This document shows positions 44,586 through 58,908 of a stretch of DNA of 64,000 nucleotides, in pieces. The position numbers and the translations under genes are program-made. The notes under the pieces were generated by a model. That model was not told the origin of the DNA, made no database searches, and saw only the letters and a list, made by a program, of their open reading frames with translations. How positions within the stretch are numbered: the stretch's first letter is position 1; every line of letters begins with the position of its first letter. The stretch spans positions 52,452,001 to 52,516,000 of the forward strand of contig OX597821.1 in the NCBI GenBank assembly GCA_951406725.2. The letters are read 5' to 3'. Source of the DNA: Octopus vulgaris. Taxonomy: Eukaryota.

Positions 44586-45590
44586 GTTTCAGCATTGAGG
44601 TTTCGGCCATTCTGGGGCGCCGCTATTGTAATCACCTTTTAATTGGACAATACTATGGGTTTGACTTCTGGTGAATGAGGGAGTTCGATATTGCTGCGCT
44701 CTTTTGAGTTTCCTGCCTTGATATTGGTTCATCTGGGATCTTGGATATTAAGAGTTCAAGTCATTTCTTGAAAATATTTACTTCATCTCCATGGAGGTCC
44801 CTCAGATGTTTTGGCATGGAGATGAATAGCTGTGGGCCACTGAATCCCAAGCTCATGAAGTACATAGCCCTTGCCCAAGATGAGACACGTGGGACTTTTG
44901 GAACAATGCAGTGACGTCCATTTCGAGGTCTGGTATAACTCTCAATTCCAAAGTTTGGCGCCAGCCCCCTCCGTTATCTTCCATACATATATTACTACGT
45001 ACCTCTCCCGTCTTCGCTCCATAGATTAGAGTCGTAGCTCTTTCAGTATCTCGCAGTAACTCAGCTGTTCTATTGATGCAATCTTTCTCATGAAGTATCT
45101 CTGAACTGCCTCAAGTTTTGCTATTAATCCTACAGTGTAGGGTGACCATAGTTGAGGATAAATGTGCGCCATAAGACTAGCATAGTTTCCTGGTATCTTG
45201 TTCTGGAGATTCTCAGAATCCATCAAGCCATTCGCCTGCTCACTGCCACCATCATGGTGACATACGTAGATATGACATCGTTGCTCATATCAATCCCAAG
45301 ATCACCCATCGTGTGTGATTCTTGGATTTCTGCTCCTTTTGGTCCAAAGTATCGTTGTTGTGACTTCTGAGCACCAATTAGCTGGTAGCGAAGGTCTTGG
45401 AATTTGCTTGCTTTAAATATATATGGCATTTAGGTCATTCTGTAGAAGATTAGCATCAGAAGGATCCTTGATTGCTTGTACTACATTTGAGTCGCCGCAC
45501 AGCTAGTAAGTGTGGCTATCTGTGTAACTGATGGCATATCTGAAAGAGACACTTTGAACAGTAGTTGCTCCAGTACAGTTCCCTGAGGCA
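44586..45590 (-). mobile_element. Degraded CR1/L2-group LINE 3' fragment
   Basis: PQGTVL.QLLF near 45560-45590, QLWSPYTVGLIAKLEAVQRYF..SY.EILKELRL; same 3' tail as the 16530 copy. Confidence 0.8.
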
Positions 45591-45938
45591 AAAATGAATC
45601 TGGCTAAACTACAGATGCTGGAGTTGGAAGTTCTCCATCATCCACCATACTCAGCCGATCTTGCCCCCACTGACTATCACTTCTCTCAGAATTTGGATAA
45701 TATTTTGAAAGGGGAAAAAAATTAATTCCGACGATGCTGTAAAACAGGCCTTCCAAGATTTTATTTACTCTAGATTGCTATGATTTTATAGTTCCGGGCT
45801 GGACAAGCTACTGTTGAAATAACAAAGGTGTATTGAAAATATGGTTGCATACTTTGAAGAATAAAACTATTCTTTGCATTTATGAAACATTGGCAAACTT
45901 TTTTCTTTTCTACAAATTTCATACTTGATGACCTTATA
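45590..45938 (+). mobile_element. Mariner (DD34D) transposase 3' remnant
   Basis: LHHPPYSADLAPTDYHF.QNLDN (cf. YSPDLAPSDY), followed by ..KC IEN.G.YFE-like remnants and a TA terminus. Confidence 0.8.
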
Positions 45939-46443
45939 TTAAACGGCGATGTACAGATTCTGAAAGCTATTTGTCGAATTTTTTAAAGAAGTAAAAAAAA
46001 AAAAATCCAGGAGATTATGATGAAGCAAGGCGAGCCCAAGTGAATTTTCTGGAACTTCTCTCTCCAATCGCAAGCAAAGATCTTTTTCGCAACAACTCGG
46101 AACCTACACCAACTAAAGCGCATTTGTAGAAGATTTTATTAAAATATATCAACATTTATAGAAGTTAAGAAGAAACGAATTCGGTGGGCACATTTGCGTA
46201 TGTATATGCATTGCTTTAACATAAGCATCTTCGAGTATAATTTCCAAATATAGCTCTTTATTATGGACATTATGTAACACTTACGTTCTGATATACAATA
46301 ACTGGTCTGAGCTAACTATATATATATATATATATATATATGCATGTATGCATATATGTATATATGTATATATATATATCACACATGTATATATTTATGT
46401 ATACATTCGTACATATATGCATATATGTATATAGAACTATATG

Positions 46444-46482
<39 letters not shown>

Positions 46483-46784
46483 ATATGCATATATATATAT
46501 AAGTATATGTATAAGTATATATATATATATATATATGTATTTATGCATGTATATATATATATGTTTTAAGAATTTTATAAACTTCCGAGAGAACGTGAAT
46601 TTCTTTTAAGAATAATGGTTGTCGCAGAACGTATAAAACTACAAATTTCAGCATACAAATATCCTCTCATGAGGGTTGTTTGAACGCAATACCTATCTGT
46701 CCTGGTTTTGTAGCTTTATGTGTTCTTTGAGGTTCACTATTTCCAATATACATACAGACACGCACACACATATATACTTCTACA

Positions 46785-46820
<36 letters not shown>

Positions 46821-46901
46821 TGTATGTATGTATGTATGTATGTATGTATGTATGTATGTGTGTGTGTGTTTGTGTGTGTGTTGATACAGATTATATATAT
46901 A

Positions 46902-47140
46902 TAGGGTGGTGAGCAGGTGGAATCGTTAGCACGCCAGGCGAAATGCTTCGCGTCATTTCGTTGGCCGTTACATTCTGGGTTCAAACTCCGCCGAAGTCAC
47001 TTTGCCCTTCATCCTTTCGGGGTCAATTAAATAAGTACCAGTTACGCCCTGGGCTCGACGTACTCGACGTACTCGACTTAAACCCTTTGTCTGTCCTTGT
47101 TTGTCCCCTCCATGTTTAGCCCCCTGTAGGCAATAAAAAA
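46902..47140 (+). mobile_element. tRNA-derived SINE, family B
   Basis: Head ggtgagcaggtggaatcgttagcacgcc...gggttcaaactcc (A/B boxes) plus ctttgcc.tcatcctttcggggtc core; homologous to the copies at 50228, 52891 and 53321. Confidence 0.85.
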
Positions 47141-48673
47141 ATACATACTTAAACACACTCACACACACACGAGACGTGCTGTTAACTGAAGAAATCTAGT
47201 TAAAAGTGAAACTAAGCTAAGGTTTTGAATATTGAAATAGTGATTCTGTAAAGAAATGATGTTTAATTTGCAAGTTTATACTTGCTGGCTGCAATCCACA
47301 TGAACGATAACAATTTCAAGCTGCAATGATAAGAGTAACAAAGGCCTTGTCAGAATTTATTATTCGCAATCTACCTTTTTATGTGAAATCAATTGTAGGT
47401 GTATCTCGTAACTAACTTCACTTCTAAGATTGTTAGTTTGTATTATACTTCGCACAAACTGCAAATGGTAATCAGATGAAAATATTTATTCCGCAAACCC
47501 CTCCCCCTAACAATATAAGACATTGTCGTCACGTAGTAATTTTTTTAACGGCTTTGTTATAGTAATCAGAGGAAATCGAAGTGTCCTATTTTATGTATTG
47601 TTTTATATTGTACGAGTTTTGTCTGCTAGAGAATCTGTAAAAGGTCAAATAAAGTTAATGTAAATGTCAGTTCAAGGAGAACACTGCCAAAATCTTTATT
47701 CTTCATTGATAAGTGAACTGTTTGAGTTGAGTTATCAATGAAGACATAATAAATTCAAGAACTTACTTTGCGTACGTGTCTACGTTAAGGTCTACAAACG
47801 TCAAAAGGTGATTTTAGTGTTTCTGATTCTCCAAAGTGTATTTAGTACCACACCCACTTCTGCAGACACCATAAGAATACATATTGGCAACGGAAATTAT
47901 CTGCCACTAAAGGACTATAAAAATCCAAACCTATCAAGTCATAAAATCTAGCTCAAAATCTAGGAAGATAGTGGGAAAGTCTGGCTGTAATTGATGTCAC
48001 TGTTTATGAGTGTCAATATAATTTTAGACTCTTCCCGATCAGAAGTTCTATAATGATTTTAGACTGTCGATAACCCATAATTTTATCTCAGTCACTGTCT
48101 CATGACTTTGTAACACTGCTCATTGTTCTTATTGCCAATAACTTGTATTCTTTCAATGTTCAATGTTTCGCTTCGGTCTTCCATTGATGTCTTGACAATA
48201 ATATATTATGTGTAATTATAATAATTCTCAGTATTGTAGTATATGCTTGTATGACATCCATACATGACATGAATTTAAACATCATCAAAACTGATATGTT
48301 TGTTGTATTTTTTCGGTGTCTAAACATCATATACCCATAATACGCTGTACCTAGTACATCAAAAACATGTACCTAGTACATGAAAACAGAAATCTATCCT
48401 CCAGTAAAAAGAATAATCAACTTCATTGTTGCTGTTATCCCATCTATCGTGCTTATTTGTAGGCTTTTTGCTGGATTAAATATGCTGTATATACTTAGTA
48501 ATATTCAGGCAAGCACTTTAAGTTAGTATCTAGAACAGGTTAACTAAGCGTTTTTTTTTTCCTGGGAGAATTAAATAATACCTTGTAATTTATATAGCTT
48601 TTTAAAGCCTTCCAGAGACAAATGTGAAATCTTCTTAGGAAATATTGCTGTTACTCTTATAATAATAATAATG

Positions 48674-48727
<54 letters not shown>

Positions 48728-48735
48728 TTAATAAT

Positions 48736-48786
<51 letters not shown>

Positions 48787-48829
48787 TATTATTATTATTA
48801 TTTATTGTTACTTTTCATTATAACTTTAT

Positions 48830-49565
48830 TTCAGCTGCCTTAGTACGGGGCATCCTCCGGTGGCCAAGAGTAGCAAGGACACTTGTTTTTCTACGCATGC
48901 TAAAATTATCCCCACATTTATTTTATTTTAGATGAAGAGTGTTTTCCGTCGTATATGGGCTGTACCCATCAACGTTATTATTTGTAGTTCACGGAGATTG
49001 GAGTTACCAGGGATTTGCTTAATATACTTCTCAGCTCCTTCCTTTATCATTACCAATGCACCAATTACTACTGGTATTATCATAATTCTAAGCTTCCACA
49101 TTTTTGTGATTTCAATTTGCAGATCTTTATAGTGAGGAAGCTTTACGTATTCTTTTCTTGAGATATTTTGATCTTGTGGGATTGACATATCTATTAACAG
49201 ACAATGTCCTCTGTGGTAGTCCTTGATCACAATGTCTGGTTGACTTGAGTCATTTTTTTCTGTCTGTTTGTATTGGGAAGTTTCAAAAGATGGTCACGAC
49301 CTCACCATTTACTACGCCCTATGGATGGTGCCTGTACAACTGATCATGGGATTTAATTTTGTTGTATTTACAAGCATTTCAGGGGATGTATTGCCCTAGT
49401 CTGTCATGCTTTATGAGGTACTCTCTTTCAGCGAGGACTGGACAGTCAGAAACAACATGATCAATTATCTCTGTGAATTTTCCGAAAATTCTGCATGAGG
49501 GGTCAGATCCATCTGTAAGGACGTTTGCATGGTAGTTTCTGGTACGTAAGCTCTGATCTTCCGCT
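48830..49565 (-). mobile_element. R4/Dong-like non-LTR retrotransposon 3' fragment (CCHC + restriction-like endonuclease)
   Basis: CRIFGKFTEIIDHVVSDCPVLAEREYLIKHD, PD..IKD..CLLIDMSIP..YKDLQIEITKMW..IPVVIGAL; (TAA)n tracts on both sides. Confidence 0.85.
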
Positions 49566-49580
49566 CCAACAACAACAACA

Positions 49581-50224
<644 letters not shown>

Positions 50225-50227
50225 ATA

Positions 50228-50410
50228 AAGGCAGTGAGCTGGCAGAGTCGTTAGCTCCTGGACGAAATGCTTAGTGGCATTTCGCACGTTGCTATATTCT
50301 CAGCTCAAATTCCGTCGATGTCGACTTAGCTTCTCAACCGTTCGGATCGATGAAATAAGTACCAGTTACGCACTGGGATCAATGTAATCGACTATCCCCC
50401 TCCCGCAAAT
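50228..50410 (+). mobile_element. SINE family B
   Basis: aggcagtgagctggcagagtcgttagc...aagtaccagttacgcactggg. Confidence 0.8.
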
Positions 50411-50552
50411 TAAAATAAATACGGCAGATAGTTAATTTACAAAGTCATGGGATACAGAATAAGGAGAAGAAAGACAGAGAGAAAAATAGAAAATAAAAAA
50501 AAGTATACAAAGAAAATAAAGAGGAGAAAAGGAAACAAAAGGAAACAGCAAC

Positions 50553-51135
50553 AATGCACTTCTCAGTAGGTGTGACGTACCATTTAAGACAATCTTTTAC
50601 ACTTCATGCAGGGATGGTAAGCCGGGGAACATACTTAAATAAATTTCAATTTCTTTTTTGATCATTCCAATAGCTCATGCAATGACTTTTACTGTAAGCG
50701 TCTTGAGATCCATCTTTTCGATTTCGACTACCAAAACTTTATATGTTCTGAGCTTATCAAATTATTTTGCCGAGATATGGTCACAAGGCATGTTCATGTC
50801 AATCAATAAACATACTTTATTGCTTTCGTTGTTCACAAGAATATATGGCTTATTAGCTTTGATGGTTCGGTCTATACATGCTGGGAAGTCCCAAAAAATC
50901 GTTACATTTTTTTTCTCCTTCTGTTACAGCCTCAGGATGGTGCTTCTACCATTTGTTAGCAGCTTTGATTTTATAATGCCTACATTATATATATATCCAA
51001 TGTAGATATTGGCCAGCTGTGTCATGCCTTGATTTATACTCTACAGATGCTAAAACCTTACACCCTGAGATTAGGTGATTCAATGTTTCAATAACATCGT
51101 TGCAGTAACGGCACTTTGGGTCTATACAATTTTTC
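50553..51135 (-). mobile_element. Degraded R4/Dong-like 3' fragment
   Basis: EYKSRHD..GQYLHW, IFWDF..DRTIKANKP..CLLIDM..P, PGLPSLHEV*KIVLNGTSHLLRSAL. Confidence 0.8.
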
Positions 51136-51146
51136 CTCACATTGGC

Positions 51147-51178
<32 letters not shown>

Positions 51179-51179
51179 T

Positions 51180-51455
51180 TTCCTTCTTTCTTCGAATTTT
51201 CTTCCGTTTCACGCCGAGTGTTTTCCCTACACCTTGAGCAGAGAAGCACATTGTATGAATTTCCAGATTACACATGCGAATTCACAGGTAAAATATGTAT
51301 TCAAAAAATTAATAAATAAATAGTCATGAATGGATGTTGTTTTCATAGCGATAATGCTCTTCTCTGTACATGAACCGTTCCAGTTAACACGATTTTTTGC
51401 ACTTCCTGTATGGATGGTAAGCCTGGTATAATTTTAAAATAGGTTTCAGTACTTT
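51180..51455 (-). mobile_element. R4/Dong-like extreme 3' fragment
   Basis: IPGLPSIQEVQKIVLTGTVHVQRRAL* plus UTR, between (TTA)n tracts. Confidence 0.75.
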
Positions 51456-51494
51456 TATTATTATTATTATTAGTATTATTATTCCTACTATTAT

Positions 51495-52035
51495 TAAGTG
51501 AGAGAGTGGTGCATGCCATCAAAGTGACACTGGGGTAAAATATATGAAGCCCAGTATACCCATCATCATTACCCGTCTCATAACGGTACACCGAGTACAT
51601 GCATCGCAAACATATGTGTGCGACACTGTGATCTCATATCAAGATAAACAGCACATAACCTTGCAGGTGGTGTCCAGTGAGAATTTTCTTCAGATCGAGT
51701 AGCCCATTCCGCTCAAAAGGTTCCTGAATAAGAGTTGTTTAAGAATGCTGAAGGAAACACCCATGTTTCCAGATGTGAATTATCCAAACCTCAAAGAACT
51801 CCTCTCAATACATAGCTATGATACTCCCCCACTACTTCTGCTCGTGATCGGAGATGCACATATCATCAGCCACTAAGGGATATGCTCAACTAGTGAAGGT
51901 CAAACAAGTGACACGCAGATCTGTGGTACTGAGCAGAATATTTGCTGTAACCCATTTTTTATACCAAGACAAAATGCTGATCATGATAACAGTTAAGAGG
52001 AAAAGTCACGAGAGCCATTGTCTGGTACAGCATCA
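51495..52035. mobile_element. About 540-bp non-coding interspersed element between trinucleotide tracts
   Basis: Discrete, more GC-rich, ORF-less block bounded by (TTA)n-type repeats inside the R4/Dong cluster; single copy here, so the call is tentative. Confidence 0.4.
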
Positions 52036-52089
52036 TTATTATTGCTGCTGTTCCTGTTGTTGTTATTATTATTATCGTTATTACTATAG

Positions 52090-52875
52090 ACGTCGCACAA
52101 TGTACAATATCGTGAGGTTGTTGATTGAAGATATCCTGTCTACCGGGGGTTTGTACTGTTATGTCAAATGACAATGAGGACCTGAGAGAGACTATTTTAC
52201 GCAATATGCGTGTAGTTCCAAGTAATACCCACTTCTTGTATTACATCTACATTGTTGGGTATTTCTAAGGTTTTCAGATTTTTTTCTTTCAGATTGGGTG
52301 GTATTGAACCCAATGCTCTGATTACGATACAGATAAACTTTATGTCTGACTCTCATAGCGATCTCAATTCTCAGGTCTCTTTCTTTCATGATAATATGTT
52401 GATCTCCTGGCACTACACGTCTATTATTAGGCACTCTTCTTTGTCCCGCCTAAAGGTTACTATATCCATCCTTCGGTTCTCTAAGACCTTGTCTGTCTGG
52501 AATTCAAAATTCCAGGGGATTTTTGGTTTCCCCTTATCTTCTGTTACTTTCTCCGGCGTATGTTGGTACGAATCATCTGTAACCTCATATCCACACTTAC
52601 TGTATAGTAGCCAGTGGAGGTTTTGGGTTACCTATCGTGTTTACGCTGCAACTCATTTTGCGCAAGACATTCACAAGCACTAACAATGTGAGCCGCGTTT
52701 TCTTCCCACATCCCACACATTCTGAAGAGGTCCGTTGCACTCGTATGGTATATATTCTTTTTCACCGAGTTGGTATTCAATGCCTAACACTGGGCAGCTA
52801 TGATTAGGCTTTCAGTCTTCCTTTTTAGGTCACACTTGTTGAGCCATCACCCTGATGCTTCCTGGTCTTTTAATT
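52090..52875 (-). mobile_element. Degraded R4/Dong-like 3' fragment (a related 3' end recurs at 53130-53320)
   Basis: CDLKRKTESLIIAAQ..L.T, CGMWEENAAHIV.C..L, RVP..VV.GD.HI, ELGTTR remnants; 52095-52230 resembles 53132-53280. Confidence 0.7.
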
Positions 52876-52890
52876 TTTACTATCATTATT

Positions 52891-53072
52891 AAGGCAGCAA
52901 GCTTATAAAATCTTTAGCACACCAGGCGAAATTCTTAGCGGTGTTTCGTCTGTCTTCATATTCTAAGTCAAATTCCGCCGAGATCGACTTTGCTTTCCAT
53001 TCTTTCGGGGATCGGATGTATTCGATTCATCCTCTCCCGCAAAATGGCTGCTCTTGTTGCAAAATTTGAAGC

Positions 53073-53075
<3 letters not shown>
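52891..53075 (+). mobile_element. SINE family B
   Basis: Homologous to the 46902 and 50228 copies. Confidence 0.75.
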
Positions 53076-53127
<52 letters not shown>

Positions 53128-53320
53128 TAAAACGTCACACAGTATCCAATATCGAGATGTTGTTGATTGAAGATATTTTGTCTACCGGGGATGGGGTTTT
53201 ACTGTCTGTCAAGTCACAACAAGGACCTCGAACAAGCAGTACTTTACGCAATATGAGTGCAGTTTCAAGTAATGCCGAATTTCGCTATACACATGGATTA
53301 TAGTGTATTTCTAAAGTTTC

Positions 53321-53535
53321 AGGCAGCAAGATGGCAGAATCCTTAGCACGCCGGGCAAAAATGCTTAGTGGTATATCGTCAGCTTCATGTAGTGAGTCCA
53401 AATTCCGCCAAGGTCGACTTTGCCTTTCATCCTTTCGGGGTCGATTACATAAGAACCATTTACGCACTGGGGTCGATGTGATCGACTTAATTTTTTTTCC
53501 TAACTTTGAGGACTTGTGCCTACAGTACAAAGGAT
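53321..53535 (+). mobile_element. SINE family B
   Basis: aggcagcaagatggcagaatccttagcacgccggg...tttgcctttcatcctttcggggtcga...cactggggtcgatgtgatcgac. Confidence 0.82.
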
Positions 53536-55915
53536 TATTATTCTTATTGTTGTTGTTGTTGTTGTAGTGTAGGTTTTATTGATGATGTGGTTGTGTAAGT
53601 GATGGTGAGAGAATCGAAGCAACATAAGCGAAAACAGGATTAAAAGATGTAGAGGAGGAGGGGTAAGATTATGAACTCCATTATACCACCGTCACAATCA
53701 CCATAATTTACGTATCACTGAGGAAGATCCGACACAGTGAAATGACCTAGCAAAAGTATAAACTAAACCTCTCCAGAATCACACTTTCTATATTTAAACA
53801 GAAGGTCACAGTGAATAATGAACCCGTGCATTCAATATATCTAAAGAAAAAAATTATGAAAGGCATGGAACAGAATATTTTTGAACCAGGATATATACGA
53901 GTTTGGTGTTAAAGCAACAATACTGTTATCGAACTAATCATAAGCACCAAAACAAAACAGTATTAATGCATCTAGCACGATCTCTCTTCTCTTGTTTATA
54001 CCAGTCTGTATTTCGTAAGACATGCTTGTTGTTGTTAAAAATTAAAGCTCGTTCACTCGTGTGAAAATTACAATTTTATTGCTGACCAGTGTCTAGTTCA
54101 CATTTTAATCGAAACACTATCAATATTGTCTATTTTTTTCTTCGTAATCGTATTTACAAATAATATAAGCTGAATGCATTCAATATAGAGTTTTAAACGT
54201 CGAAGGAATGAGAGAAGAAAATAAGAATATGGTGATATCAGCAGTAACAGACGATATTTGTTAAGCTGAAGAAAACTGTTATACTTGCTCATCTCATCAA
54301 TTACTTTCGAATGGCCATTACTACACATTGTCTTCGTAAGATAGAGAATGTTTAGAATGATTATAACAATGGATGCTAAGTGATAACGGACACATTTCAC
54401 CTTACTTTAGAAGCAAAGTGTAAATTTCCTTACGTATATTTGCTCTCTGTGCAGAGGCTATTAGCATCAGTTGAGTGGTGGCAGACAATGATTTACGATT
54501 CGGAGTTACATGCCTTAGAAAAGTATCGCTGATGTCTTAGACTGCGTGTATCATAATAATTCAATTCACATTTACAATATTATATATGAAAATTAAATCT
54601 ACCAAGGTATTTGAGTATAGGTTTATCCATAAGGATAAAAGTTGATCTCTGAGGGATTTCTCATCAGAAAGTAGAGACAATAACTAGATATTGCAGGCAC
54701 TCTCTAACATTTCTGCTAATTCTACGGTATTGAGGGCAATATACATTTTTCATTTTTTCGGCCAATATAATTAATTCTAGTCTCCCATATGATCTATGAT
54801 TTTGTAACCATGTCACAGTTCCTTACATGGTTAGTCTTTAATATTTACATATTCTATACAATATTTATTTTTTTATTCCAACCAGCTACAGAATTTTCAA
54901 TTCATCATATATCCGGTGTATAATGTTGGTTTCAAACGGCCAGCAGTTTCAGGGGAAAATACAGGTCGATTACATGCACCCCTGTACTCAACTAGAACGT
55001 AAAGACGGATGAAATGCCGCTAAGCATTTTGACCAGCATGCTAAACATTTTGACAGCTCGCCACCTATATCTGTCGTATAATATTACCTTATTCTATATC
55101 GCATTTATTCAGTAATTATGCAACATGTTACAAAATAATTACAAATGTGATACCTTCAATTACCGGATTGTAAAACGTTCTTTTCTTAAAGCATGGTACT
55201 TTTGTTTCTTACTGTATTGATCTTTAATTACCAAAATAAACAAAAAACACCACAAAAGCTATAGTTATAAAGGAACAAATTATGGTGTGTTGAAAGAGAG
55301 ATCAGTGACTTATTGCTAATTTATTAAATGCTAGAAGGTAATATAGGAGTATAAGTAACATAGAAACACAAATGTATTCACCCTGAAGTAGTTGTATGTA
55401 AGAAATTAAGTATAGCAACACAGACCAGATCGCACACTCTTTTTCCTATGATAAACTGTGCTACTAAGCAACAGGCAAAAGGTGAATAACGGTTTCTGTG
55501 CTTTCTTAAACAGCAACAACGCGCTTCATTTTCTAAGCTGTATACTTCTTATATCTGACCTTAGATTAGTCCTAAGGACGAAACTACTGTATATGGTTAA
55601 AACCGCTGTATATGGTAAAAATAAATAGTCTTTGCTTTGAATGCCATTCTACCGCGTTGTATATTAGGTCACTATATTGTCGCATGTTTGTGTTTATGTG
55701 TATTTATGTGTGTGTGTGTCTGTGTGCTCATTTCAATATCATGTGATATCAAAGAGTGTTAGGCATTAATTTTAACTAGTCTATCGACTACTTATACGTC
55801 TATTTCTACCGTGAAATCCTCTCGGTGTCTTTACAAAGAACTTGCCTCTCTCACTTATGTGAGGTCCCAAATAATGCATCGATTATTAGTATTCAATTTT
55901 AAATCCTTAAAACCA

Positions 55916-55994
<79 letters not shown>

Positions 55995-55996
<2 letters not shown>

Positions 55997-56980
55997 TCAA
56001 TAAATGGTGGGGTTGTGTTGACCGCACCCCGGAATACCGACAAATTCCACTGAGTGACCACTTAGACTCATGTGCTAAAGACTTAAACCCCAAATTCTAT
56101 ATATTCCCCTTCTACCAATGTAAAGACGGGATCACCACACAGGAGAGAATTAACAAGGAGAATCTCTTTATTGAAAAATTCCAAACACAACTTAATATGC
56201 AAACTCCTCGTTGATCAAACTTCCTTTCTCTACCTCACTCTTCATGGATGGACTAACACAAATATATAAAGATACCATGCATTCACCACTTCAAGCTAAA
56301 ACTTATATTCTTTAAATATCATTTTCACTATTGTTGTTGTTACTACTATCATTTTTATTATAAATGATATGACAATTTGAAATGCAATTGTCTATGCAGT
56401 TTTATATTATTAGAAAATAATATAAATAAAGTGTTAAAATCTGAAAGTTAAGTTAACAAGCAATTATATAAAAAAGATAATGCAAATGAAGCTAAAATGA
56501 TAGTTTTATAATTTGGGTTTTATTGAAGAACTCAAAAGAGTTGTCTCCCCTTACTCACAACACAGGAACTGAAGAACCAGGACCACAATTACTACTACTT
56601 CCTGTCCTGCAACATGCTGAATTTAACAACACAACACATCACATGCTCTTAATCCCTTTGGATCTTAACACCTCAAGGTAATTTTTTGGTAAACAACCAT
56701 AAAACTCAAGATACACAACGAACTCACAATGTATCGGAGAACTTATTTTTTTAATTTTTGTACATTTTTATCATTATTCTTTTACAAAAAACATTGCAAT
56801 TTTCTTTTTTTCCCCTTTCTAATTTTTAAAAAAAACTTCTTAAAACATAAATATTCTTGACAAGTCATACATTGACGAAAACCGGTTGAATAAATATATA
56901 TATTTATATATTTTATCATTTTCTCATTTTATTAAAATTTTCTTTCATTTGAGCATTCTGCATTTTTAAAAAATTTTCCT

Positions 56981-56985
<5 letters not shown>
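55995..56985 (+). mobile_element. PLE 3' fragment related to the 26795-27925 element
   Basis: EYRQIPLSDHLDSCAKDLNPKFYIFPFYQC..ERINKENLFIEKFQTQLN (cf. NRKIAFSQHIGTCANKKTPNFRIFP); long UTR with a hammerhead; flanked by TA tracts. Confidence 0.8.
56852..56892 (+). ncRNA. Minimal type I hammerhead, U3-A8 core variant (one extra A after GAAA)
   Basis: UAUUC [UUGACAA] GUCA-UACAU-UGAC [GAAA] A CCGG [UU] GAAUA. Confidence 0.65.
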
Positions 56986-57035
<50 letters not shown>

Positions 57036-57586
57036 TATATAAGCCACAAGGGTATCCTGGATATCCTTGTTGCTTATTGTGATTGTAATCAACCCATTTT
57101 GAATTACATGGATGATACCATACTCCAGGAGGGAAGCCGTAGGTGGTTGTTCATATTTTCGGTAATTTTTACTTCAAAACTGGAAAACCTAGCTATCGAA
57201 TGAAGGAAGGAAGACAACTCGCCCGAATGTAATTTTTCCAGAGTAATATTTCTTCAACTATCACCGTCATTCTTGTGTTTTTTTTAAAAAAACGTCCTTT
57301 GCAGAGAACAGTTATCGTTTAGAGCAACCGAAGATATGTCTCGTCCACGCTAGATATGAAACCAATGTTTTTTTTTTACCCCCACACACAGATAGATACA
57401 GATACACACTCACACATACATTACCATATATTAAAGGAAAAGGACTTGGAAACCTAGTAGGGAGCCCTAGTTCCAACCTCAGCTGTGAACTTCTAACGCA
57501 AACAATGATCAATTATAGCACTTACGCAGCGTATCTAGTGGTTTAGATCACCAGTAAACTAAACCATTTATATTATCTCTCTCTCT

Positions 57587-57651
<65 letters not shown>

Positions 57652-58302
57652 TAAAAGAAGGGTAAAAATACCGCTTGCCAAAAAATGAAATCGAAAGCTT
57701 CAAAAAACAACCAATACTACGGTAAATACACACACGAGCAATGCAATGAATATTTTTAAAAAATAGGCCTACCTTCTGGATGCATTTTGAAGGTAGTTTA
57801 CATACCCCAATATCAATTGATTTCATGCTAGCCACCTCATTATTACTGTTTTTAACAGTAATAATGCTTTATATATATATATATATATATACTTCATATT
57901 ATGAAGTTTACCTAGACCTTTTAAAAGATAGCTACGTTATTTAACAGACTTTTCTATAGAGTACACTTCTAAATTATGTAGTGATTGAATTAACGGCTTT
58001 ACTTAATGGGAATCAAATTAAAATGTCTGTATATTAAACACGATGGTTATACAAGTAATTCTGAAAATAGTACAACCATAAATTTTGAAGAAAATTGCAT
58101 AATTTTAATTCCGTGGTCAGTAATGTTTCACGGATATAATTTTGTGTTAGGATTTCATAAGAGAAGTCAGATGATATTTTATGACTGACTAGTTTTCTTT
58201 AGCTTCCACTCAGCTTCACAGGGATATATGCAAACACAGCAACTGACACACATATACACATACGCAGACACACACAGGTGGGGGACACACATAAAAACAT
58301 AC

Positions 58303-58348
<46 letters not shown>

Positions 58349-58593
58349 GGGGAGAGAAAGAGATTGAGTGAAGAAAGATACGCCTACAGTCATAATTATT
58401 TTTCTAATCTGTATTACACAATGAACTGAGTTTTACAGGATTGTGTTCTGAAAATAGGAATTATTGGAGGCAGAAATAAATCATATATGTTATAAATATT
58501 AACATAAAGTTGTATATTGATATTTCAAGATTTATCTTGGATTACACTCTGTAACATTATATTACATTTAATATGTAGGTAAGTGTGTGTATG

Positions 58594-58670
<77 letters not shown>

Positions 58671-58866
58671 TACTTGGATGGGATTTAACAACATTTAATG
58701 CATCTCTACATGCGTTTCCACAAGTCACTTAAAATCACATTCCATAATTCGGCAATGATTACAGTGTACAGTTCTATATTTAAGAGATGAGGAATTATGC
58801 ACGTCATTTACATTTGACGGATATTTACAATTGACGGATATTTGTCCTTATCTTGTTTATTATTAG

Positions 58867-58908
58867 CACAACGTTTCGGCTGATATACCCTCCAACCTTC
58901 ATTAGGTG
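58867..58908 (-). ncRNA. Decayed type I hammerhead (G5A)
   Basis: CAC [CUAAUGA] A GGUUG-loop-CAGCC [GAAA] CG [UU] GUG. Confidence 0.5.

Noticed and set aside
46902-46992. tRNA gene
   Set aside because: A/B-box-like head without a full cloverleaf, continuing into a multi-copy SINE body.
53714-53752. CTGAGGA...GAAA match
   Set aside because: No supporting stems; chance match.
54098-54400. ORF with a signal-peptide-like hydrophobic stretch
   Set aside because: GTG start, AT-rich low-complexity codons and no homology recognised.
55555-55600. Hammerhead-like GTCC-TAA-GGAC-GAAAC..GTA
   Set aside because: Stem II and GAAA are present but the CUGANGA core is destroyed; a relic at best.
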